Assembly (NCBI RefSeq): GCF_006345805.1
Contig: NW_021835954.1
Location: forward strand, 62,001-126,000
Direction of reading: 5' to 3'
Origin: Octopus sinensis
Taxonomy: Eukaryota
DNA: 64,000 nucleotides
A program made the position numbers and the translations under genes. Of the stretch, positions 11,493-22,314 are shown piece by piece (position 1 is the first letter of the stretch; each line of letters starts with the position of its first letter). Under the pieces are notes generated by a model. That model had not been told where the DNA came from and did no database searches. It saw only the letters and a list, made by a program, of their open reading frames with translations.

Positions 11493-12426
11493 CAAGTGAG
11501 CTTTTATTATCAAACTTTTATTATAAGCTTTTTTTATCAAGTAACATTTGCATTTACATACATAGAACAGTTGAATAAATAGAACAACATCCAAGCGATA
11601 TCAAATGGAATAAGTTCAAGTTTCACTGCAGAATATACTAATTAGTAATATAATAATTAGCTCATAATTGAGAATGAATTAAGTTGAAAGAAAGAGAACA
11701 CCTTATCCCAAAACTGACTTTGAAAAACTCCTCAAGTCATTCTGTCTGGGAATTCAAAATCCCAACTTCTTATAATACTCAGTGGAATTCCTAGAATGCT
11801 CAACCAGGCTATTTGATCAGAAGACTCCAGTTTATTTGGTCATAAGTCATGTTCATGTAAGAGTTAATTCATTTTGTGGTGCCACAATTAATTTTTCATG
11901 ACTGGCCTTACCTTTTATAACAATGTGGTAGGCGGTGATGTATGAGCTGGAGAGCTTGAGCATCATGGTTCAAAATGCAGAAGGAGCTTTACTATACATT
12001 TAAGAAAGAAAATGTAATTTCAGAATGGCAGCAGAAAACATAAGCACCTAAGCATGTTAACAGTAGTTTTTTTGGGTTTTTTTTTTGACTGGATAATAAT
12101 TTTCAAAAATGCATTTAGCTTGGCTTTCTCGATGCCATTATTTTGGAAGTTTACTGCATATATTAACAAGTTGAAGAAGATTCTATATTTCACTGCTTAA
12201 GAATTGTGGAATTAAAATGCTCTCTAAATTAGACATGAAAGTTATAGGAAGGGAGAATGCAAAGTTGGGGCATTTTGCTTCTCTTCTTGACAGTACTTAG
12301 GCAGATATTTGCAGTTCATAAGAGAGGAAAGACTGACTAAAATTCAAAGAGAAATGCTAAGTTCTTCACTCTTCACTGAGTTTCATTTCATTCCTAAGAT
12401 AATGATCAGATTAACAACATCACTTG

Positions 12427-12537
<111 letters not shown>

Positions 12538-13257
12538 TCTTTATTGATCTATGGCATTCAGTCTGGATTATTTCTTTAAATTTAGGATAAATTTCAGAAT
12601 CTGAGGAAACTAGTGATGGTCTGTGTTAGTAATAAATAGAATTAGTTCATTGAAGTTCTTCAATGAGTGGAATTCTGTGAGAAGTGGAGAAATTGATATT
12701 TCAAGTTGTTTGTATTAGTCTGAAAGTGAAGAGAGAGAGGGGGGGAGGGGGAGAGAAAGTGATGTTGTTAACCTCATCAGTTATCTCTTTCCATTCACTT
12801 ACATTACTAAAGCAGTGCTCTGGCACTCACTCCCCTGACTCAGTGTCCACAACTGAGTCTGACATTCCTGTGGCTCACTGTGGGGGATAAAGTTCATCTC
12901 ACTCTGATATATATATTGTGTTTTTAGCACTACACATCTATCATCTCAGATAAAAACCACAGCATCATCCTTACAAAGCTACATGTGATTGATTTTGAGT
13001 TTTTACATGACCCCCTCTACCTGCTATAAATAACAGCCAAATCTCCTCAAATCTCACTCTACTGTCTTCAATAATGGGAGGACACATTGAAGAACATAAA
13101 CCAAGACATTCTCCTAGAAAGATGGTGTGGTCACTTCTGGAAAGTCTTTGAGTATAGATCTGCTCTCAGTCAGAGCAGACACGAGGTGGTGGAGGCGGCG
13201 GTGGCGGCAGCGGTGGTGGTCTATAGGTAAAAAAATGATTGAGCAATACCGATTTAG

Positions 13258-13435
13258 AATATTGGCAAGCTCATTAGAACCTCAGAAAAAATGCTTGTTG
13301 TGTTGGTTCCAGGTCTTTACATTCTGAGTTCAAATTACATGGAGGTCATCTTTACCTTTTGGCTCTGCAGGGATCTATAATGTAAAGTACAGGGGTTGAT
13401 GTGATCAACTAACTGCACCACCACCCCCTGTAAAT
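13258..13435 (+). mobile_element. SINE family D, diverged fragment
   Basis: AAAATGCTT...TTCTGAGTTCAAATT...GGGGTTGATGTGATCAAC similarity to other family-D copies. Confidence 0.5.
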
Positions 13436-13560
13436 TGTGCCTAAATGAGAAGCAATACAAGTTGGCCATTTTATGTGCCTAAAGCAAAAGATTCCCAATA
13501 TTTGATATAAACACAAAATTACAATGACTCCCAGATTCAATATTAGAAAATAATTTGATA

Positions 13561-13898
13561 ATTCTGTTGTGTCTGGGGAGAGTCATTTTCTTTTTGTGCT
13601 TTATAATATAACACACTCACCATTAAAATTTCCACTTTTTTCTTATTTTTATTTTCCTAAAATTTTCGTTGCGTCTTGCAACCTTTTCAATAGTTTTGAC
13701 TCTCAAGACTATTGAAAAGGTTGCAAGATGCAACGAAAATTTTAGAAAGATAAAAAGAAATGAGTAAAAATTTTACCGGTGAGTGTATTACATTATAAGG
13801 CACAAAAAGAAAATGACTCTCTCCAGACACAACAGAATATGCTTCAACATGCAAACTCATATAAAGAATCTTGCAAACCAAATCCAAAAACGAAATTT
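13561..13898. mobile_element. Asymmetric fold-back element (same family as 45782-46081)
   Basis: About 140-bp arms are reverse complements centred near 13703, with a 60-bp unpaired extension; a second copy lies at 45782. Confidence 0.75.
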
Positions 13899-13911
13899 AA
13901 AAATTCCATAC

Positions 13912-14287
13912 CATCAATGATGTAATATCCACGAATAGCTTCACGAGGTGATGACTTCCAGTGAATATTCTTTTGTTTCTTTGAGGTCATATACTGGTAT
14001 AAACGGATCATATAATCTGGTGCTGAAGTGTGGTTACTCCAAGTCGGACTTACTTCAGAATCGAGATTGGACAGCAAATAATATTCTACCATTTGATGAA
14101 ACATTCGCAGGTCAGCATGACTTTTGGGCTTTGAAGTAGTTGGCTCAGTTATGGTTGTCCCACAGTTGGTGCAGCTTGCCGTTGTAGTTGAGCTTCTTGC
14201 TCTAGAACTGTAAAATCTTTGGGTGTTTCCATTTTGCTCACTTGAAACAAAGGCACAGAGAAGTATTATCGGAAGCCTAATAAGCAT
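13912..14287 (-). CDS. First coding exon of a putative TGF-beta superfamily ligand (signal peptide plus N-terminal prodomain); rest of gene not found in window
   Basis: ATG at 14287 opens MLIRLPIILLCAFVSS (hydrophobic signal peptide), then SCTNC (CxxC as in activin/myostatin prodomains), LRMFHQMVEYYLLSNL, SAPDYMIRLYQ (cf. BMP/GDF P-x-YMLxLY) and EAIRGYYIID (cf. NTVRSF). Ends after 125 codons + 1 nt at a G|GTATGG donor, the phase-1 intron position known for BMP2/4 and myostatin genes. Confidence 0.7.
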
Positions 14288-14750
14288 AATATATTCAGAG
14301 GTATTTTGCTGCACTAACTTATCTTTTTCAATTTGATAATAAAATATATAATTATTGTAGAGTATCCCCTTGCATATAAATATCAGAAATATTTAAGAAT
14401 ATAAGAAATTGACTGTAATATTGACTTGCATTCAACAAACACTTCAAACCCTTACTCTATATCATCACAGTAAAATGTTTTTTGTATGAAAGCATATCAT
14501 TGTGTTTTATGTTGTAAGTGATGGTAGTAACCAGTCAAATATTGTATGGTCTTGAAATAATGTCTGCTGGTTATTATAAATGCATACACAGATACAAACA
14601 TATATGTGCATGTATGTGTGTGTATATATATATATGTATATATATATATATACACACATGTCAAAGGACCTGCATACTGTACTTGAAATTCTAATGAGCG
14701 GAAAAATAGAACTGCCGACTAAACAAACGTCAACTTGTTGACAAGTCAAT
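14288..14750 (-). promoter_or_regulatory. Putative 5' UTR / proximal promoter region of the TGF-beta-like gene
   Basis: Non-repetitive sequence directly upstream of the ATG (apart from a short TA/TG tract). No in-frame upstream ATG. No TSS can be fixed from sequence alone. Confidence 0.3.
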
Positions 14751-14779
14751 GTCATGTAAAACAGAAATTGTATATATTA

Positions 14780-14827
<48 letters not shown>

Positions 14828-15060
14828 TGTGTGCATGTGTGTGTATGTGTGTGTGTATGTGCGTGTGTATAATTATGCATATGTGTACATATATATGCAT
14901 GAGTGTGTATATATACATATATATATATATCTCTATATATAAAGAAATATATGTATGTATATATGTATGTGTGTATATATTTGATTTTTGATTTTGATTT
15001 TCCAGTTTCAGCTAATGAGCTGTGGCCATGCTGGGGCACCGCCATTTATATATATATATA

Positions 15061-15379
15061 TCATCATCATCATCATCATCATTTAGCGTCCGTTTTCCAT
15101 GCTAGCATGGGTTGGACAGTTTAACTGGGGTCTGTGAAGCCGGAAGGCTTCATCAGGCCCAGTCAGATTTGGCAGTGTTTCTACGGCTGGATGCCCTTCC
15201 TAACGCCAACCACTCCGTGAGTGTAGTGAGTGCTTTTTACGTGCCACCTGCACAGGTGCCAGACAGAGCTGGCACACGGCCATGAACGGATGGTGTTTTT
15301 TCGTGCCACCGGCACGGGGGCCAGGCGAGGCTGGCAACGGACACGAACGGATGGTGCTTTTACGTGCTACCGGCACGGG
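15061..15379 (-). mobile_element. 5'-truncated RTE LINE 3' UTR copy
   Basis: (CAT)n tail, core and three units; abuts a SINE B head. Confidence 0.85.
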
Positions 15380-15790
15380 GGCGCAGGAGTTGCTGTGTGG
15401 TAAGTAGCTTGCTTACTAACCATATGGTTCCGGGTTCAGTCCCACTGTGTGGCACCTTGGGCAAGTGTCTTCTGCTATAGCCTCGGGCTGACCAATGCCT
15501 TGTGAGTGGATTTGGAAGATGGAAACTGAAAGAAGCCTGTCGTATATATGTATATATATATATATGTGTCTGTGTATATGTTTGTGTGTCTGTGTTTGTC
15601 CCCCTAGCATTGCTTGACAACCGATGCTGGTGTGTTTACGTTCACGTCACTTAGCGGTTCGGCAAAATAGACCGATAGAATAAGTACTGGGCTTACACAG
15701 AATAAGTCCTGGGGTCGATTTGCTCGACTAAAGGCAGTGCTCCAGCATGGCCACAGTCAAATGACTGAAACAAGTAAAAGAGTAAAAGAG
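15380..15790 (+). mobile_element. tRNA-derived SINE family B, full length
   Basis: GGCGCAGGAG..GCTGTGTGGTAAG (A box) ... GGTTCAGTCCC (B-box-like), central TA/TG microsatellite, tail GACTGAAACAAGTAAAAGAGTAAAAGAG. Confidence 0.9.
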
Positions 15791-15798
15791 TATATATA

Positions 15799-15864
<66 letters not shown>

Positions 15865-15869
15865 ATATA

Positions 15870-15941
<72 letters not shown>

Positions 15942-16534
15942 TATACATACACATGTATGCATTTATATATATGGAGGGTGTATGTGTGTGTATATATATA
16001 TATATGTGTCTTTGTTTTATTAGAAACAGAAAAAATTCACAAATTATTACCATACACAAATACCTGACACACACACACATAACCACCTATAAGCACACAC
16101 ATGCTGAAATAAAAGTTTCATATGCCAATAGCCAACACTAGACTGTGTGATATTGAGTTATTATTTCGTCAATAACACTGTCTGATATTAAATTTATTGA
16201 GCCAATCGATACAATATTGAATTGAAGTTATTGAATCAAAAATACTTTTTGAAATTTAATCTATTAAGTGAATAAATAGTGTGTGAAATTAAATTTGCTG
16301 AGTCTGTAATTGAAGCCAGAATAATGTTGCCAATTCACCTCGCTTTTGTCTTCTGTAGCCTTCTGTAGGCGTCAGAGAGTTTGCATCTCCTTCCTTTGTT
16401 AAGAACTAAAAGACAGCACGTTGCTTTTGCTGGAAACCTATTATTATTTTCCAGCAATGAAGAAACGGTTGAGAATTTACTCCATATCATGTGCAATTTG
16501 GACAACCTATATCAGTTAATAAAACAATTATACT

Positions 16535-16926
16535 GGTAGCTTTGTGTTAAGAAGCTTGCTTCCCTACCACATGGTTCCGGGTTCAGTTCCACTGCATGTC
16601 ACCTTGGCCAAGTGTCTTCTACTTTAGCCTTCGGCTGAACAAAGCCTTGTGAATGGACTTGGTAGATGGAAACTGAAAGAAGCCCATCTTATATGTGCAT
16701 GTATGTGTGTGTGTGTGTGTGTGTCCATGTTTGTCCTCCCTACCACCACCACTGCTTGACAACCAGTGCTGGTATATTTACATCCTTGTGACTTAGCGGT
16801 TCGGCAAACAGACCAATAGAATAAATACCAGGATTTAAAAACATGAATACTTGAGTCAGTAGATTTCATTAAAAATTCTTCAAGGCATTGTCCCAGCATG
16901 GCCACAGTCTAATGTCTGAATCAAGT
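16535..16926 (+). mobile_element. SINE family B, diverged near-full copy
   Basis: Colinear with 15380-15790. Confidence 0.8.
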
Positions 16927-16952
16927 TGTGTGTGTGTGTGAGTGTGTTTTAC

Positions 16953-17362
16953 TTACTCTTTTACTCTTTTATTTGTTTCAGTCATTTGACTGCAGCCATG
17001 CTGGAGAACCGCCTTTAGTCGAGCAAATCGACCCCGGGACTTATTCTTTTTAAGCCCAGTACTTATTCTATCGGTCTGTTTTGCCGAACCGCTAAGTGAC
17101 GGGGACGTAAACACACTAGCATCGGTTGTCAAGCAATGCTAGGGGGACAAACACAGACACACAAACACACACACGCACATATATATGTATACATATATAC
17201 GACAGGCTTCTTTCAGTTTCCGTCTACCAAATCCACTCACAAGGCATTGGTCAGCCCGGGGCTATAGTAGAAGACACTTGCCCAAGATGCCATGCAGTTG
17301 AACTGAACCCAGAACTATGTGATTCGTAAGCAAGCTACTTACCACACAGCCACTCCTACACC
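16953..17362 (-). mobile_element. SINE family B, full length
   Basis: Reverse complement of 15380-15790. Confidence 0.9.
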
Positions 17363-17424
17363 TATATATATATATATATTTCATTACTAAACAAATAGAA
17401 CAGAAAAAGCAATGAACTGGGAGA

Positions 17425-17630
17425 ACCTTTGGTGTGTCAGACAAAATGCTTAGCAGAATTTCTTTTGACTCTTTACGTTCTGAGTTCCAATCTTGCTAAG
17501 GTCAAATTTGATTAAAACTTTTTGGGGATCGATAAAATAAAGTAGGGGCCAGAAACAAGAGTTGATATAATCTATTTGCTGCCCTTGCCTAAACCGAAAT
17601 TTGCTGACCTTGTGCTAAAATTAGAGAAAA
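17425..17630 (+). mobile_element. SINE family D, diverged copy
   Basis: AAAATGCTTAGC...TTACGTTCTGAGTT...GGGGATCGATAAAATAAAGTA...TTGCTGACCTTGTGC. Confidence 0.6.
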
Positions 17631-17836
17631 ATTAGAAAATAATTTGTATTTCATTTTGGAAATCTTACTTAGCAAGTTTATAAAAGCATTTGAATGTTTG
17701 CAGACAAGTGTGTGTATGCTTGTATATGTTTGAATTTATAAGAGTGTTTTTATGTATGGGTGTGCTTATAACAAAGGAATATATATGCATGAGTATATAT
17801 ATGTAAGTGAAAGAGTGAAAGAAAAGACGTTGTATA

Positions 17837-17878
<42 letters not shown>

Positions 17879-18189
17879 GATAGACAGAGGCAAAAAGAGA
17901 GCAACAGGGAGACAGAGAGACAAAGAGAGACAGAGAGGCAAAGAGTGACAGAGAAGCAAAGAGAGACAGAGAGAGATAGCGATAGATAAAGAGAGACAGA
18001 GAAAGTGACAGTGTTTTGAATTTGATTGTATGATGAATACTTTTTAAATATGTAAGATAAAAAAAAAATATTTATAATTTTGATTGTGTTTGCATTTGTG
18101 CAAACGAGAATAAGAAATCAGTGGAGCTTTTATACGTTTTGTTTTTGTACATGTTTGAAATAGGATACGGATGGGGTTTATGGGTGTGT

Positions 18190-18266
18190 GTATGTATGTA
18201 TGAGTGTATACATATATATATGCATGCAACGAGAGTGGTTTGCATATGTTTGTGTCTGCATGTATG

Positions 18267-18298
<32 letters not shown>

Positions 18299-19100
18299 TG
18301 GTTGTTTGTATGTATGTATGCATGTATGTATGTATGTATGTATGCATGCCTGTATGTATGTATGTATGTATGTATGTATGTATGTATGCCTGTATGTATG
18401 TATGTATGTATGTATGTATGTATGTATGTATGGTTGTTTGTATGTATGTACGTATGTATGTATGTATGCATGTATGCATGTATGCATGTAGTATGTATGT
18501 ATGTATGTATGTATGTATGTATGTATGCATGTATATATGTATGTATGTATGTATGTATGTACGTATGTATGTATGTATGCATGTATGCATGTATGCATGT
18601 ATGTATGTATGTATGTATGTATGTATTTATGTATGTATGTATTTATGTATGTATGTATGTATGCATGTATATATGTATGTATGTACGTATGTATGTATGT
18701 AGTATGTATGTATGTATGTATGTATGTATGTATGTACGTATGTATGTATGTATTATGTATGTATGTATGAATGCATGCATGTATGTATGTATATGCATGT
18801 ATATATGTATGTATGTATGTATGTATGTACGTATGTATGTATGTATGCATGTATGCATGTATGCATGTATGTATGTATGTATGTATGTATGTATTTATGT
18901 ATGTATGTATTTATGTATGTATGTATGTATGCATGTATATATGTATGTATGTACGTATGTATGTATGTATGTATGTATGTATGTATGTATGTATGTACGT
19001 ATGTATGTATGTATGTATGCATGCATGCATGTATGTATGTATGTATGTATGTATGTATGTATGTATGCATGTATATATGTATGTATATATATATATGTAT
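18190..19100. repeat. About 900-bp (TATG)n tetranucleotide array
   Basis: Direct reading; source of several spurious MYVC/HTYI ORFs. Confidence 0.95.
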
Positions 19101-19196
19101 GTAAAATATTATTAGAGACAAAACCACTATTTTGCAAAACAAACAAGGAAAGACTTAATCAATACATAAAATTTTAATAAATAGTCAAAAAAACCG

Positions 19197-19239
19197 CCAC
19201 TACAATCGTTTCTTGTCTTGATCGACAATCTTCAGGTGG
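19197..19239 (-). ncRNA. Minimal type-I hammerhead ribozyme, intact core
   Basis: Minus strand CCAC-CUGAAGA-UUGUC(GAUCAA)GACAA-GAA-AC(GAUU)GU-A-GUGG. Confidence 0.75.
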
Positions 19240-19271
19240 ACTTCCAATAAGTCAGTTTCAAATTATGTATA

Positions 19272-19307
<36 letters not shown>

Positions 19308-19664
19308 TGTATGTATTATGTATGTATGTTTGCATGCATATACTTTTGTCAATACGAAGGTACGCTCATGTCTGTTTTAACAGGGAATGCAGATGTGTTG
19401 GTGACGGGAGGGCAGATTTAACAGCCGACTAGTTTCAGAGGTCAAAGGTAATTTTAGGGGTTATTCTATCAATTTTAAAAAAAATTCAAATGTGTCCAAT
19501 GTTGACATTTTCCTATGAGAAACTTTTTGAAGCAAGGTAAACATTCTGGTTGGCTGTTGGGTAGATTGAACCCTTGTAGCAACATCTCTCACATACACTC
19601 ACTCTATACCTCCCATCTTCCCTCTTCTCAGTTACTCTGTCCATGCACTCCCAATAATGGTAAC

Positions 19665-20155
19665 ATCTTCATCGTCCTCCTCCTCCTCATCATCATCATC
19701 ATCAGCATCATTACCATCATTGACGTCATCATCGTCATCATTATTGTCATCATCATGATCATTGTCATCATCATCATTGTCATAGTCGTCGTCATCATCA
19801 TCATCATCTTTATCATCAGCATCGTCATTATTATCATCATCATTGCCATTGTCGTCATCATCATTATTATCAACATCGTCATCGTCACCATTATCATCAT
19901 ATCATTGTTATTATCATCACCATCATTGTCAGCATCATCATTATCATCATCATAATCGTCGTCATCATCGTCACCATCATCCTCATCCTCATCATTGTTA
20001 TTGTCATCATCATCATCATCATCATCATCGCCATCATTATCATCATATCATTGTTATTATCATCACCATCATTGTTATCATCATCATCCTCATTGTTATT
20101 ATCATCATCATCATCATTATCATCGTTATCGTCATCGTCATCATCATCATCATCA
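19665..20155. repeat. About 490-bp degenerate (ATC)n array continuous with an RTE-type tail
   Basis: Direct reading; joins CATCATTTAACATCCACGTTCC at 20156. Confidence 0.9.
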
Positions 20156-20310
20156 TTTAACATCCACGTTCCATACTGACATGAGATGCACAGTTCAAGG
20201 GGATCGAGCAAACCAAAGGACTGTGTTGAGCTCCAATGTCTTACTTTGGCAGAGTTCCTAAGGCTGGATGCCATTTCTAATGCCAACCACTCTACATTGT
20301 GTACTGATAG
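20139..20310 (-). mobile_element. Old diverged RTE 3' UTR copy
   Basis: TTAACATCC...GGCTGGATGCCATTTCTAATGCCAACCACTC similarity to the younger copies. Confidence 0.6.
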
Positions 20311-20830
20311 CTATCCTCAAGGTAATGGCACTAGTGAAATGGCCTAAAAACTTGCAAGACAAAGAAAGTCTCTTGACTAAACGAGGCCATAATAGAGAGA
20401 GGCGTTAACTTTATACTAGGTATTGAATGGCTAAAATATTATTGAGGGTCAGGCATGGATATCCTGGTACAGAGGAAAGACATCAAAAGGCAGTTGTAAA
20501 TGAGCACCACTGGCATCATGCAGTTTCGTGTGTTTCCAATCTTCTGAGAAACATTTTCGGCTTCAAGCAAATATTTTGCTTGCAAACTGGTTGGTCAGTG
20601 ACAGCATTTCAATTTTACCAGAAATGGAAGAGGTGCATGCACTGAGAGAATGAGTAAAAGCCTCACCCTCGTTGTTTCTAGCAGAGGCAAAAGCTCGGAA
20701 ATTTGTGGTGATTCTATTGACCAAGTGTTTATCTAGTATATATTTTATTGACTCTGAAGAAATAAAAGGCAAAGTTGACCTAGATGGAATTTGTCAGTGC
20801 TTCTATTTATTTTGGCACTAAATCCACTAT

Positions 20831-21323
20831 CATCGAAATCAAATTCAATGACTGGCATCCGTGCTAGTGGAGCGCTAAGGGAACCATATGAGTGAGATCA
20901 GGGCCAGAGCAACAAGCTGGCCTCTGAGCCAATGGCACGTTAAAAACACCATTTGAGCGTGATTGTTACCTGTGTCGCCTTACTAGCACTTGTGCTGGTG
21001 GCACGTGAAAGAATGTTTGAGCAAGGTCGTTGCCAGTGCTGCTGGACTGGCTCCTGTGCAGGTGGCACATAAAAAGCACCATTTGAGCGTGGCCGTTGCC
21101 AGTACTGCCTGACTGGCTCTCGTGCCAGTGGCATGTAAAAGCACCCACTACACTCTCTGAGTGGTTGGCATTAGGAAGGGCATCCAGCTGTAGAAACTAT
21201 GCCAGATCAGACTGGAGCCTGGTGCAGCCATCTGGTTCGCCAGACCTCAGTCAAATCGTCCAACCCATGCTAGCATGGAAAGCAGATGTTAAACGACGCC
21301 GATGATGATGATGATGATGATGA
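20831..21323 (+). mobile_element. 5'-truncated RTE LINE 3' UTR copy (subfamily 2)
   Basis: Colinear with the reverse complement of 183-606; (GAT)n tail. Confidence 0.85.
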
Positions 21324-21349
21324 CTTCTTTTTTATTAAAATCAGTGAGT

Positions 21350-21830
21350 TTTGTGTTAGAATCTACAAAACCAAGAGAACTAATGTAACCCATAATTTCT
21401 TTATAGATGATATAAAGATCTATACCAGAAATATTTATAATGTTGAGAAACAACTGGGTTTGCTAAGATTTTCTGCTGATATAGAATTAGAATTCAGCAA
21501 AAAGAAATGTTTTTTTTTAACAAAACTGATTCCCCAAACTAAAATCTTTACATAAATTGTTTCACTTTCTTTCCTCTTCCACATTATGAGTGCAACAAAT
21601 TTCTAGTATTTGATGAAAATTAAGATAGATTAATCAAAGAATATTATCATACACTTTAAAAAGTATTGTAGTCAGAACTTTCTTCTTATGAGACAAAATT
21701 CACAGTGCATTTACAGTACCAATGTTGACACCAACATTGGGGATACTGTGATGTCCTGTAGAGGAAATCTACTCAATAGATACTAAAATCTATAAGCTAG
21801 TGATAGATTCTGTTACAGAAGAAAAGATTG
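21350..21830 (+). pseudogene. Degenerate non-LTR RT fragment, R4/Dong-like by motif recall
   Basis: THNFFIDDIKIY...LRFSADIELEFSKKKC (RT catalytic region) and, downstream, AFTVPMLTPTLGIL*CPVEEIYSIDTKIYKL. Confidence 0.55.
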
Positions 21831-22314
21831 GGAAAGATCAGTAATGTGTCTTAGAGTACAACATATTATCACTCTGATATTTTCTAATCAGTAGCAGCTA
21901 AAATAAATACATCAGCCAAGTGCACCCAAGCGAAAAGAACAACATTTTATGGGTCAGGAGTTAACTCTTCAAGAAGTGTTCACTTCCTAAGGACCTCCCA
22001 TTTAATTCCAGAATTTCTGGACTAGTATACTTCAACTAAGATCTGGAAGAGAAACAATCTGCACACCACAGAAGAGGTTATGCATGAGTATATGCATGAG
22101 TATAAACTCGAGCTTTGACATAAAATGTTGCCTCACCTGGACTCATAACTGTTAAATCATATCACATTGCAAAGGTTTTGCTTTTGCAATCCAAGAGCTG
22201 GAGATATCTATGAAATACCTAAGGAATAAAAGAGATAGAAATGCCCTTAAATAGCCAAGATGCAGCCAAATGTTGACTATGTCACATTTCTGTGAATGAT
22301 TCATGGTACTGGGG

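Noticed and set aside
18044-19177. Long ORFs (268-329 aa) of MYVC/HTYI repeats
   Set aside because: These are translations of the (TATG)n array, which lacks stops by composition; the same applies to 25370-26383 and other microsatellite ORFs.
19515-20286. Poly-Ile / poly-Asp / poly-His ORFs
   Set aside because: They are frames of the degenerate (ATC)n array; no splice or domain evidence.
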